Of a DNA stretch of 64,000 bases, positions 51,339 to 64,000 are shown one piece after another (positions within the stretch are counted from its first letter, which is position 1; each line of letters opens with the position of its first letter). Both the position numbers and the translations under genes were made by a program. Below the pieces are notes generated by a model that was not told the origin of the DNA, searched no databases, and was given only the letters and a program-made list of their open reading frames with translations. This DNA comes from Lophium mytilinum (lineage: Eukaryota), in the NCBI GenBank assembly GCA_010093605.1, contig MU004181.1, positions 1,054,001-1,118,000 of the forward strand, given 5' to 3'.

Positions 51339-52500
51339 TCATCGAGTAAGTCTTGGCGGCGACCAAAGATGTTGAACGCAGAATGTGGTATGAAGCTTCA
51401 GTTTCGTGTTGCCCACGTCTTCGGCTGCGACCGCAGGGCTGTAAGACAGTCCAACACCCACCACAGGCGTATTTTCTGGAGTGTCCCCAAATAGGAGCGA
51501 CCACAATTGGCCATTCGAGCCCCAACCGTAGTGAAAGATACGAATCTTGCCATCGACAACTGCTGCAGTTGGAGACGCACTCATGCCAACGCTGGGGATC
51601 TTTTGTGACGCTGTACAACTATTCCCGTCGCACACAACGTAGTTCAGCTCGCCGTTCTGATTTGGCCTTTGGAAGAAGCAGTGCAGTTTGTCGTTCCAGA
51701 CCACCGCCGTCGAGCTTTCCGACATGATGGACTCATCGCGGACCAGCCGGTCGCCGGACCAGCTTGATGCGTCGTAGGTGTTGTACTACAGCTTGCCTTT
51801 TTCACTTGCGCCTTGATGCAAGCAGTAGAGTCTGTCTCTATACACGGCAGCCGTCGGACTCGAAACCAACCATGTGTTGTCGGGATTACTGGCCCAGCTC
51901 TAGTTCTGGCCGTCAAACGTCGTGAACCATAGTTGTCCAGCATCTTTTCCTTGGTATGAGCAGTAAAGCTTGTCCTCGAATTCCACCACTGCAGGTCGAG
52001 CTTTCGCGCGAAGATTATTGCCGCTAGGTTCTCGGATCTGGTGGTCTCCCTCCTAGTTGTTGCCGTTGAACGTGTTGTACCCGAGATAGAAGTAGCACAG
52101 CGGCCACCATCATCGGACGTATACACGCCGTAGTAGTTCTTTTTGGCCATTGCAGCATTCTCAAAGTCAATGTTGATCTGACCGAACGTGCCGATCTTGA
52201 ACCAAATAGCACCTTTCACAGGTCCGCCGGAGCCTGGATCATTCATTGCAACCCAGCCAGTACTCCTCCTTACTGGAACGGTTGTCGGGAGTAGTCGCTC
52301 CAGCCACATCTTTCAATAATCGCGGAATACAGATTGGCCATTAAGTAGCTCGTCGTAAGTAGCGTTGCGAAAGAAGAAAGCAATATGACGGTCACCGGGG
52401 TGCTCGCTAGTAGTCGGAGAGTTTCCGTTCCATCTCCTACTACGGTGCCGAGTCCGTAGAAGAAATCACTACCGACTCCTATGGCCTGTTCATTCACCAT
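51339..52500 (-). pseudogene. Disrupted intronless gene for a beta-propeller repeat protein (fucose-lectin/PLL-like repeats)
   Basis: About four repeats of consensus SP.AVV..DKLYCFHQG....GQLWY..FDG..W in one frame, interrupted by TAG at 52053-52055, 51900-51902 and 51786-51788. The N-terminal part needs frameshifts and has a TGA at 52313-52315. Confidence 0.8.
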
Positions 52501-53493
52501 TTTGGTTCGGAAGGATTGGGGGTTCTAGGGGTGGGCTTGGCGGAAGTTCAATAATAAGGAAACTCAACGAGTAGGCCGCAGAGAGGAGTTGACCTAGGAA
52601 TGTCAGCTTACAGTCTATAACAAAAACCTCGTGCAAGGGCTCTTATACTTGATGTGAACTCAGCTCTCTAGCCTTGTCTTGTCACAAGACATAACTCAAG
52701 TGGTGCCTTTGAGACATGTCTGATTTTCAGTTCGGCTCCAAGCAGATAGCTGAGCTTGAAGAAGGCTAGATGATAGGCCTGCGAGAAGAATTGTGCCGGC
52801 AGCTTGTCCAGCTCGATTGCATCTTGACCTCCTTGAAGCGGGTCCAAGACTAACAACGATCACGAAAAGGCTCCTGATAAGCTCGGATAGTCGCTAGCAC
52901 TGGAAGAAGACGCATCTTGCAGCATCAAGACCTATCCCATATTCAGCTCGATTGTGTCTTAATCTACTTAGGGCGGGTCTCAGACCAACGGAAGTAAGGA
53001 ACAATCTCCTCAAACGCTCCATTAGTTGCTAGCAATGCAAGAAGATGCGACTTACAGAACTAATGAAGTGGAGGCTTGTCTCAAGTTCCGTTTGATTAGT
53101 TTTAGAGCAGCCTAGTGTTGCTATGCTGCTGCTAAAAATCATCTACCGAGCTTAGACTAGGGCGCTTCCCCGCAACAGCCCTCTCAGGAGTTACCGAGAG
53201 TTCGAAATGCTGGAGATTACGGATTGGTATTACGCACTGGGATTCGCGGATGCTAGAGTGGATGTGACAGGGTGACTATGAATGCAACATTGGCTAGAGA
53301 CTTATCGCGAACGAGCCCCACGCAACCTAGAAAGAAAAGCGAATCAGCCCGAAAATCGCTCCCTTCAAAATCAAGAGACTTCTCATTCCCAAGACCGTGG
53401 TCATCAACATGCTTTCCCCGTGTCTCCTAGCCCCCAGGGTTGCCGTCACAAAAAGTGAGACTCTGGAGCACCGTGCGCCCCGCTAAGTAGAGC

Positions 53494-56400
53494 TCACTTT
53501 TCGTGACGGTAGCCCTGGCCCCTCTCTGGATCGGAGCGGTGGTGGGTGAGCCTCTTTGGTCGTAGTGCGCGCATGTTGAAGAGCTCTTTCACTCGGTGGT
53601 GTAATTTGCCTGAGGAAGCCTGCTTGCCCGAACGCTGCTGGCCTGAGGCACTAACACTTTCCGCCTTTGCACCCTCAGCGGCCTTTGTAGGGATATAATA
53701 CGAAACACCCTCAAGCCTAATGTTTCTCCAAACAGTAAGCCCCGGTCGAAACGCCAGAGCAATAACGAGGATGATGAAAGCGGTGATTGCCGTAATAATC
53801 ATGCCAATCAGGGTCTTTTTTACAGGAGCAGCACTCATGCTGAAGATGCCGGTAGCAAAACCTAGTGGAAGGAATATTACAGTTACGTAGGTGAAGAAGC
53901 GGACATTCTCTGCGCTTTGGTAGCTCAACTCGTCTCTTGTAGAACTAGACATGCGGTCAAGTAATAGTCTTATCGACCGTATGTCGGCAAGACAGTGCTC
54001 TAGATCCCGGATTCTCTGATTGTTGGACGCGGTAAGCTTGGCAATAACTGACCGGTATTTCCTCTCGTCGTCCCTCGTCCATCTGGGCCGTTCAAGCTGA
54101 CGCTCGCTATCTCGATTTCTCCATAATCCAATGTTCTCTAAATTTTCCTTCAAATCTTCCTCCATGACTTGCAGAGTATATTGGAAAGCTGGCCACTTTT
54201 TTCGGAAGACCGAGTAGTCGTCCGTATTCATGGGAACCGACAGCAAAGTGTGCAACACTAGGAGGGTGTTCGACGTGTTCGTGTTGGCAGCTGTTTTGGC
54301 ACGTGGAAAGAGGCGGCTGAGTCGTTTACCCGTCTCCTTAAACATTTCATTATACCGCTTCTCGATCTTTTGGAGCATAAGGTCGAACAACAGAAGCTCT
54401 AATACCTTACGCTGGCGCCACGGCTCTTTGTCTCTCTCAAAGTGAGACAGAGTGCCCCTAGGTTTGATTAGGTCGTTGAAGCGCGCTAGCAGGTCATCTC
54501 TTTTGGCTGCGCTGAAGAATTGAGCCCGCTGGGAGTCTTCCTTTGGCTCATGTTCAAGAACGTGACAAGTCCAGTAGCGATCGAAAAAGTCCCCAACAAA
54601 TCGAAAACCCGTGCCCGCTCTCCTCATCACCATGTCGCCTCCCAGGAATTTAAGGTCGCCCTCCTTCTCGCCTTCCTCTACTTTGAAGACTTGATAAGAG
54701 GATAAATGCAATTCAGTTCTCCAAAGGTTCGAAGTTGCTATCACTTCGTCGAAGAAGTGTTTTTTTTTGCGATCGTGCTTGTAGAAAAATTGCTTTAGGC
54801 ATTCCCGTTCCCCTTTCGGAGATGCAAGATTACAGCATAGCATTTTCGTATCGCGATTAGGATTAGGTAGCCAGATGAACCTTTTCTTAGCGTGCTGTGC
54901 CGTTCTAGGAGGTTTTAACACGTCGTAGATGCTCTGGTTGCACGAGACTTCGAATGCGTTCTCTTGTGGTTGATAGCGGCCTGTTCCGGCTGACTTCGGA
55001 ACATCGACGATTACGCCTCTCAGCATTGTGTCTTTGTGATCAAATTCCTCACACAAGCCAGAGTTGGAGTCCAGAAATTCGGGATAGTCGTACAGCCATT
55101 CATCTGACAGCTCAAATATGCTTTTTTCATCAATGAGATTGTTGAATGGTAATGACTTCCTCATCTCCGAGGTCTGCAATGCTTTCCGCGTATTGGCCAG
55201 CAATGGTTGTTCAGCCGTAGAATTGACCATATTCGCTTTCTTCGGTACCTCCACCAAGGTCTGCAATGCTTTCGGCGTATTGGTCTGTAATGGTTGTCCA
55301 GCCGTAGAATTCACCATATTCGCTTTCTTGGGTGCCTTCTCCACATTCGCTCTGCATTCCCAAAGAGTGCAGGGCACTTCAAAGCTCACCCGCCAGTGAA
55401 AGTCTGTCCAGCCAAAGTCGGGTTCTTGACTGCCTTGTTTAAGATTGCCTGGGAACAGTCCGTTCCGCCAGGAGCTTTGAAGCAAAATGTCTTTTGCGTA
55501 GGTGAGCATCTTGGGTGGAGACCTGGTGTTGATTTGATGGCCATTGCTTGCCATCATCATCGCTAATCCGTATTGTAAGGGATTCTCCCATGCCAAATCT
55601 TCATTATCTTTATGGAACCTCTGCGAATCGTTCGTAGCCATCCACATGGTGTCCAAATTGTCAAAAAATGGTGTCTTTGTCGTATAGAACAATGCAGTGT
55701 CCGTGGAATGGAAGAGAAACCTGCTTGCGGATGCTGAGCGGGAAACAGCAATCATCCTCCGCCTCGATACGTTGTTTTCTGTGGTGAACCGTTTTATCAC
55801 CTTTGATTTGAAGTCTGCCGAGTGGTAGCTTTGTTGCAGTAAGCTCTCTTGTGCATGAGGATCAGAGTGTCTATTACGCGGCGGTAGCTTCATTCTGTGA
55901 CTTTTTCCTGTTCTGAGATCCAGAATGCCAAGACTCTCGATAGATAGGAGCGCTCTCCATATCCATACGTGGTCTTCCAAGCGGTATTTCTTCTGTCTTC
56001 GGTGTGATTTGCTCGACGGGCGAGGAATTGCATAAAATCCTCGTTTGTTCTCTAGATCGAGTGCCTCTACCCAATCATGGACACTGCGTCGCAATGACTT
56101 CCGTGGATTTTTGAAAAGTCCCTTGATCTCCTCATCCTCAGTCTTCATTGCGAAATCCGCGAATTTGATGATGTTCAATGGCCAGTCCGATAATGATTTT
56201 AGGCTTAGAACGTCTTTTGAGAACTCATGTGGTATCTTTGCACCTGTAGCCCAATGATTTGCTCCGAGAAGTCCATCCATGTCCTTGGCCTTCCCTTCTT
56301 CCCAAGTCCCAAGCATAATTTCCCTCTGCTCGGTCCAAGTCAGGTGGGCTCGACATGTATCCTTGATTCTACCTAGTAGCGAGACCAAGAACGCCCTTTC

Positions 56401-57904
56401 ACAAGCCGATCTCTTGACTTTACGACAGTTACAATTAGCGAGGTCATGTTCCTGCTGAGAACTGTTTTGCTCCTGCTGAGTCTGGAGCTTTTCTTCGAGG
56501 CACTCAAACATCGAAAGCAAGAACTGGAAAGCAAAGCTAGTGCTTGTCAGTTGAGAAATTACATTCCTTGTGAGGGAATTTAACTCACAAACTAGCTGAT
56601 GTAACGATCCGATGTCCCGAGATATCTCCACAGGTCAAGACAACATCCGAACCTACAGGGATACTACAAACGGAAAGTATGTGCTCCAGGTTACGTCCCA
56701 GGGTGAAGTTCAACTGAGGATTGGATGAGACTTCCAGTTTTGTGAAGGAAGGTGTTGCAAATGCTTTGTACGCGTTTGCAAGGTCTGACTCCGAGATCAG
56801 AGGAACATTCTGTTGACTTTCGTTTTGCAATAGCACTAGCTTGAAGGCTAGTGTTACTTGAACTGGTTTGTAAGGCTGAACTAGATGCCCAGGATTTTCA
56901 CATCTTGTCTGATACCAATCATCCGCGTAGTACTCGAAGTCTTGGGCTTGACCGTTCACAAAAAGCGCCATTACCAAGGCAACGGTGTAACTCTCCTTAA
57001 CGTTCTTATGGAAAAGAACGAGGTTGTGACCATTTGCGATGAGAGAATGTGAGTACTGAAGGGATTCTGACTTGTCTTCCTGGTTGAACTGATTCCGTTC
57101 CTCGACAAAGTCCAACCCCCGTATCAGAAGATTCGCTGAGAACAACAAAGTTGACGGTATTGTGACGGACTTTGTCGTCGTCTCATAATGGCATTGTTGG
57201 AAAACGATATCCTGGAAAATGACATGTTGCGCGGCCACGGAGAAATGGGGGTGATTGATAGGCTGAGCGGTGAACAATGGCCAACGATTGTGAATGAATT
57301 CCATAGCAGGCATCATTTCGATAGCCTCCTGTAACTCCACTGGGATTTCTTCACTGAAATAGTGGGTGATAGCTTCATCGTTGTGTGTGGAGACGTCCAT
57401 GAGCTTTTTCGCCCGACCTTGGACGTCGGACGGCTGTGGTACACTGGGGAGGTCCACGCAGACGAATCCTGATTGGCCAACTCCTAGATACCGCGTGATC
57501 TGTATGAGATCGCCGTATGCGCTAGTACTCGCCGTTGTTCCTCTATCGCCAAAAGATGCATATGTGGCTGCGTTTCTAGTCTTTTGATTTGCTTGTGGAG
57601 GGGGTGAGCAGCGTTCGTCCTCTCTTGGGTTATCTGCGAGCAGCATCGTGAGAATTGAACACATGATTTGGTGAGAGGTCTGACCTATTATGAACTGCCG
57701 GAAGTCCACTTCCCTCACTACATTCTCACTCGCCTCTCTTCGATGCCTTTCTGCTCCAGCCCTATCTGCTTCCCTCCTTTCTAGTTCGTCCCCTTCAGAA
57801 CTTTCGGCTACAGTATGAGGCTCTTGTAGAACTTCTTGAATTGCTGTTGGTCGGTCTTCCGAACCTCGAGAGGTTTGCGTTGGAACATGGGCGCTTTCGG
57901 CCAT
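53494..57904 (-). CDS. Large fungal protein with a C-terminal CorA/ZntB-like two-TM segment
   Basis: The two listed ORFs are joined by an intron 56588-56537 (GTGAGT..CTGAC..TAG), giving TSASFFAFQF. C-terminal ENVRFFTYVTVIFLPLGFATGIFSM plus a second TM. The start codon is uncertain. Confidence 0.88.
55171..55340 (-). repeat. In-frame 87-bp (29-aa) tandem duplication
   Basis: PKKANMVNSTAGQPLQTNTPKALQT and PKKANMVNSTAEQPLLANTRKALQT; GGTCTGCAATGCTTT at 55171 and 55258. Confidence 0.9.
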
Positions 57905-59426
57905 ATCTGGGAATGAGGTCGACTTGTGTAATTGTCGAATTGCACGAAGCTGGATTGCAACGAGTGAGTCTGCGACAAGGCTGAGTTGTGACAAGGCTGA
58001 AGTGCGACGAGGCCAGAACTGGGCAGGCCGGCGGGAGGGCTGAATGGTTTATAGAGCTCGAGGAGTCGGCTCATCATCAATGGCAGCATAGCAGGCTGCA
58101 AGCCTCAAACCAATTTCACTTGTGTGCATATCCATACTTACCACGCCTCAGCTCGATGCGATGCATATATGCCGCCAAGAGGCCGCCTAGCCTTGCTGAA
58201 GGAAATGCATGGCCGTCGGGTCTGAATCCTGTCCTATGAAGATCAGGTAAGAAGTGACTATCGCCGTTTGTTCAAAATCAGATGATTCCTGCCAAGAGAC
58301 GGGGATTACAAACTCTGCAAGTCCTAGGGTTGGAGGGTTGGAGGCTCGGGGCACATCCAGATTGAGGAATGACTGCATCTCTATACGTCCAAGGCATATG
58401 TGGAGACGTGGGTTTTCCTGGAACTTAACCGTTCAGCTGGCTTATACACGGGTGGCTTAATCGCAGCCAACAGCAACCTTGAAAAGACGGCAGCAGGCTT
58501 TCAACTCGTGGTGAGCATCGACGATGGATCTTCGCATAGCTTTATGGAAAGGATCCGCTGCTGTGCCGGCTTCTTATCGATCACGTCTTCGACTCTACAC
58601 AACCTCTCTGATGTTACGATACAATTCTTGCTTGTGTGAGATGCTTGTGAGGCTAAATGGAGAGATCCCTCGCAATGAAAGGAAAGAGGAACTACAAGAC
58701 GACTTGGCCTCGGAAAGGCTTTTGAGGAGATGAGGAAATTGGGAATACTCACAAACACAGTCCGTTCAGTCCAGTGGTGTTGCCTCTCAGGCCTCTGTAT
58801 GCAGGTTTTGCCCGTCGGCTTTCCCTTCTAGCTTTAGGGGCCAGAAGCTTGGGCCGCCTCCTCAACCCCCCCCCTGCCCCCTGACCCCTCTTTCGGGCCA
58901 ACTCGATACAAAGGTATCGCCAACACGTTTCTCGACGAACAGGAAAGAAAGGTAACAACCCCGGAATCTTCTCCTATGATCACGTCTAGGAGCGACTCCC
59001 TAATCACAAGAGACTTGTGCTGGGCGTTGCCGGTGAGCTTGATGGACCTCACCTACCTGGCGTCAAAGTGAGAAGATTCGGAAGGCTGTGCAAGGCATGA
59101 TACGAAGAAAAGGCGCAAGGCTGACTCTATATCTAATCTTTGCGCCCTAATAGCCCTCCAATCATGAGAGCTCTGTGTCTCCAAGTTACAGACCTCTTCA
59201 TGTAGTTCGCTGAGCTGGAAGGAGGCGCCCTAGGGCACAAGGCTGGAATTTCGAATGCGAGATTACGAGAAATGGATCACGGCAGTGGCGTGCGCGATAA
59301 ACAGCGTTCAGTATATACGTTCATGGACGCCTCTCTACGCATCGTCAATCTGAACGCCATATTCTCATCACAAATCGATCAGATTCCTACACGAACCTTC
59401 TCTTTACTCCAAATTCTCTGTCTAAT

Positions 59427-60305
59427 ATGGCTTCAGCCATCGAGCTTCAAGGCATGAACGACGGCCTCAAACGTCGCCACTCAACAAGAGCAAGCTCCAC
59501 AGCAACCGCCCTATCGACCTATACCACAGCCAGCTCGACCGCAGCCCGCCGACGGTCCACGCCCGCCATCAATCAGCAATATAACTCTTCAGAAGATGAG
59601 CCACCATCCTACTACAACACCCAACCCCAAGAGGCCCTCACTGCATCCCTCCCCAAAGATTCCCCCAGCTTCGCACCCACGCACACCTTCTGGGTCACCC
59701 CCAACGGCATGTTCACACGCTCAATCCCCGTGTACGACCTAACATCAGACATCTCCACCCCCTACACCGGCCTGTCCTCAGTCTACAAAGCGTCTGTCCA
59801 GACCGCTCTAAAAGATCACTCACAAACCCCATGCTACACGCTCACCCGCCAAAGCTGGTATGGCCAGCACTACAACATCACCGACGCCACTGGCGCATCC
59901 ATCGCCGACTGGCAGCACCCCTGGTCCTCCGGCGGCGCGGCCGTGCTCACGTTCCCCACTGATAGCACGCACAGCACGCACGCGGTGGCTGTGCGGGACA
60001 AGCGATGGTATCTGCACAATCAGACCTTTGTGCTGAACTCGGTGACATACGAGTGGCGGAACGACGGCATGTTTGTGTCGCAGGCTATGACGCTGTACAA
60101 GATGCTTGGCAGCCAGCGGGTCACGGTGGGCAAGTATACGTCGAAGTGGTGGTGGAGCTGGAGCGGGGGTGGGGGTACCCTTGTTGTAGATGCGAACGAG
60201 GTCGATGAGTTGGTTGCTGTGGTGAGTTTGGCGGTGGTGTTGAAGAAGAAGCGTCAAAGAGCTGCCGAGCGTAGAGTGAGTGGAGGCGGAGGAGGTGGAT
60301 GTTAG
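59427..60305 (+). CDS. Hypothetical fungal protein, possibly tubby-C/LURP-one-like beta-barrel
   Basis: Intronless 292-aa ORF with strong codon bias. S/T-rich N-terminus, beta-rich core (TFVLNSVTYEW, TLYK, GTLVVD), terminal hydrophobic helix VDELVAVVSLAVVLKKKRQR. Confidence 0.8.
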   Translation: MASAIELQGMNDGLKRRHSTRASSTATALSTYTTASSTAARRRSTPAINQQYNSSEDEPPSYYNTQPQEALTASLPKDSPSFAPTHTFWVTPNGMFTRSIPVYDLTSDISTPYTGLSSVYKASVQTALKDHSQTPCYTLTRQSWYGQHYNITDATGASIADWQHPWSSGGAAVLTFPTDSTHSTHAVAVRDKRWYLHNQTFVLNSVTYEWRNDGMFVSQAMTLYKMLGSQRVTVGKYTSKWWWSWSGGGGTLVVDANEVDELVAVVSLAVVLKKKRQRAAERRVSGGGGGGC

Positions 60306-63300
60306 GTTGCCTATGTTTCTTCTGGCTTTGTGAGAAGGAATGCCACGTTATACATATAGGTTGAAATAATGTTTTTTTATGGAGAAAATGTTTGTCATCC
60401 TATAGGGAGCACATCTAGCTGGAAACTCGTGTGCTCGCTGTCGAGGCCCGGAAAGTCTTACAAGGCAGCGTAACCAAGTCCTCATGTCTGTGTCTGAACG
60501 TGCACACTTTCACTAAAAACACGTGAAAGAGGGCAACAAAGGTGCAGACAAACAACACCCTAAAGAAGAGACGCATTCAGTGCATTCCATATTGACAGCT
60601 TTGCTTCTTGTGTATATACATTTTTAATCACCGCTTGAAGTGCTCTACGAAACTCACTAAAGTGAGCCGAGACGTACCTTTCTCAACTTCGCAAATTGGC
60701 TCGCAGGATACGATGCAAACGTTGATGCAAAGTACGTAACGGTATATACGGTAGATCTGTTCGATTACTGCGTAACGCTATTTTACGAAAGCCGGTCCTG
60801 GTAGCTTAGAGACTAGTGAAACTAATGGAATGGAGAACATGTAGAAGCACCGATCTCCCACAAATAATCATCACAAACCAACGTCATAAACCTCCAACAT
60901 ACATACCATGCACTACCACCAACAACTCATCCCAGATCGCCAATACCAGCACAAACCCCAATCCATCCCTCCCCTGCCAAGCCGCAATACACTCGCACCA
61001 GGATCCCCCTCGGCATCCCCCCGAACAAAATCGCCCTACAGCCCCGCCCGGGACTACGTAATACGTACCACCTCACGGCCCTCCAGCAGGTCCTCCTCCC
61101 CCCATCGGCCGGCATCATACCACAGTCCACCATTCTGTAAATATAGACTAGACGGCCTACTACTCACCAACCTGGCTCTCCGGATCGCCAGCGCTATTGA
61201 AACTCCGCGCCAACCCTGTCTTGTTGTCGTCAACAAAACACAGCCCCGTGTCTCTCTCGGCGCGCGCATCCGAAAAGATCCCTATGTTGCGAGACACTCT
61301 AGGCATTGGTAGAAGAAATACGGGTTTGGATGGCGAGATACTTGAGCGTACCCCGGGCATGCGCGTGTCTGTCAGTACGGTATAGGGGAGCTGAGTTAAG
61401 CAGCCCGGCCCAAAGCAGCCGAGCACGCAGGCACAGGGGTGCCGAATCTGATAGGGCACGCCCCGGGGCCGTGAGCGTGTGCAGCGCTCAGCTTCGCCAC
61501 ACTGCCGGCGTGCGTACCCTCTTGAGTGGAGATGGTAGTGCTTATGGGATTTTCTTGCGAACGGGGGGGCTGGCAGAGGTGGTTATTCGTTGAAAGGTGA
61601 GGTTGGAAAGACATTTTGCAATAAGGAGTACATACGTGCAGGCCCCTCCCCTTCCTCCCTCCACCCACCCCCCACGCAAGCGTTTCAGCTGGCTGCAAGG
61701 AAGCCACGCAGAGGAAGCCAACGGGAACGCCGCTGCGGGATCGCGGGTTCAGATCCGGGGGTTGCGTGTTTCAGCGCGAGGGCGATGCGGGTGGGCGAGG
61801 CCTTTCTGGTGGTGGGGGGGGAAGATGAGAGGGAATTGGAGGTGCTGGAAAGACGGGTCTGACATGCAGAATGCTATGCTAGGCTTGGCCGCTACTTGGC
61901 TGAGTGTGCTGTTCTCTATCGTGTTTGTTCTTTGAGAAGAAATACCGTACAAATGGATGCTAGCTTCTCGCGGAGTACTATGTAGAAAGATTAAATAGAT
62001 ACGGGAGGTCCACCTCCTTGCTATTGGAGGCGTACAGAAATGCCTCGATCGATGGAGATCCAGCAGCAAATAGCTCTTGCGGGAGATCTCCAAGCCCTGT
62101 TTCAAGCCTTGTCTGGAGATGGATGCACAAGGTCCCTGGCCGTGGACAGCCACCCGTCTAAATTGACAATTAACGGGAACAAGCCACAGGTTCGCACAAC
62201 GCGGGCCCGAGAATCAAGTACTGGGTCGGCCCAAGGCTTGACGGCGGATTGCGAAAGAGCTCAGGGGGCGAATCGAGCAGTGTGAGAGGCTGTTGACCAG
62301 TGCCGGCTTCCTGTCAGCTCCGCAGGGCGTTATAGGTGTGGCTGGGTAAGCCAATAGACGGCCTGAATTGGGTAGTTCTCAATAGAAGAAGGATCCGGAG
62401 GAGCCGCCAGGCTGATGCCGCGGCTTGCGTGGTAGTAAACGCCATATAGACGGGCATACAGGCAGAGAATCTACAGAGCTCGATACGGCAGGTCTACGAA
62501 GGCATTTGGATGTGGCGATTGGCATTATGCACCTCCTGCCAGCCGACTTGCCGACCTGCCAAAAGGAAGCATGCGGTGCCTGGACGATCGACTGGCGTCC
62601 TCTCCCCACAGCCGGACAGATCGGACAGCTCGACACGGCTATCTCGGCCACTTGCGGAGACTCTTCCTGTACGACGCCGCGTGCCTCTACAGCGTGTTGC
62701 ACAGTCGAGGACACAGTGGCAAGGCGAGAAATGATGGCGGCGGCGGTTTGAAGATGGAGATTTGGGTTAGATGTGTGGCACACCTGAATGCCAATCAGGA
62801 GAACCGCGACGAGGAGCAGGGCTCGAGCAGTCTGGCAGCACGCAGCGATGGACCCACCGTCACGAGGCATGCCAGATCGCTATGACCTGCATGCTCTAGC
62901 CCTTGACAGCTGCGGGGAGCACTGGTTGCGTCTCGAGTAGGCTTGGAGGAAAAGAAAGCGCACGAGAGGCAACGGCGGCCTCTGGTCACCGCAGCGGAGC
63001 TACAGCAGGAGCCGTGGCTGGAGGCGTCGCACAGGGGAACACGGTGCGGTGACGTGCGGGTGGAGAATGAAATGACGGTCCCAATCTGAGGTGGATTGCG
63101 AGCCGTATGAGGTGGATTGAGGCCCATATTCAACCAGCTGCTCGGCCCACGGCACCCACACGAGCATCATCGCGACAAACACCGCAGGCGAAGGGCCGAT
63201 AGCATCACGAGTTCACGACACCAGTGTGCCAGTGAGGCCCGGGAGTGCCCTATCTCCACCCGGTGCCCGTGTTTGTTTACAGTGGACTGTCTTCACGACC

Positions 63301-64000
63301 GTTTGGTTATTTTAAGGCACAGGGTTTGGCAGAGGGAGGGATGTCGAGGTGAAACGGCGCGCCAGGGCCAGCTGGTGTCTCCACGAAAGGGCCTTGGCCT
63401 TCATGGAGCGTCTGGGGCCCATATCTTGCCCAGGCTTTTGGTGCTGTTCCCCCTGCATGACGCGCCGCTGCTTGGGCCGAGCGCTGAGGACTGCCGCACT
63501 TCGCGCCCAATGACATGCCGGCGACGAGGGGACAATCTGCCAGCGGAAATCAGGGTCGTGGATTGCTCTCCCCTTGTGCTGCCGCGATCTGCCAGCCGTC
63601 GTTGCTGGTCGTTGCTGTCGGCGAGGATGGAGGACGCGGCGAGATTGCTCGATACTGAGCTATGGAGCCCCCGGCTTCCTCTCCTCGTCCTTCACTTCGC
63701 CGGCCCGCTTTGGGATGAACTCGTGGCTGCCGCGTCGCCTTTTCGGGCTCTCTGGCGCACCGCTGGGCCCATTCCAGCTTAGATGCGGCCGTGCCGAGTG
63801 CGCCGACCTGTTTGCAACCGTGAGATGGAGCCCGCTGATTCGTCGACGCCCTGGAGGTGTGCCTGCAGCCTGTCACGCTGAGCCGATTCCGCCATCAGCC
63901 ATCGTTCCAGAGGTTGCGTGCCGTGTCGTCTTAATCGTGATGAGCAGCACTGCGAGCTCCGTCGGCAACGACACCGCGGGACGAGCGAGCTGTCGTTGCA

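Noticed and set aside
51644..52309. Listed 221-aa ORF as a real protein
   Set aside because: Its 3' two-thirds is an off-frame reading of the propeller repeats.
56585..56631. Programmed frameshift between the 469-aa and 1045-aa ORFs
   Set aside because: A canonical 52-nt intron explains the join.
60400..64000. ORFs in the last 3.6 kb (including 60908-61312 and 63117-63782)
   Set aside because: No domain signatures or convincing exon chain; probably intergenic or regulatory, though a small gene cannot be excluded.

Overview
This is intron-containing genomic DNA from a filamentous ascomycete (Pezizomycotina), judged from short GT-AG introns with CTRAY branch sites and a RIP-mutated transposon; the species cannot be identified from the sequence. 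About 16 genes were reconstructed by hand: PUB1, a Med2-like protein, a secreted lipase, an ADP-ribosylglycohydrolase, a DUF4470/MYND protein, an F-box-like protein, a hybrid histidine kinase, a divergent RTA1-like/Zn2Cys6 pair, a DUF202 protein, DBP5, BZZ1, a SUN glucanase, a HeLo-like/CCCH zinc-finger protein, a large CorA-tail protein and a tubby/LURP-like protein. The window also holds a ~6.5 kb RIP-destroyed LINE with L1/Tx1-type motifs and a beta-propeller pseudogene with three Trp-to-TAG stops. The least explained feature is a degenerate ~177-bp tandem array of about 10 units at 42.1-43.8 kb. All family assignments come from motif recognition by eye, not database searches.
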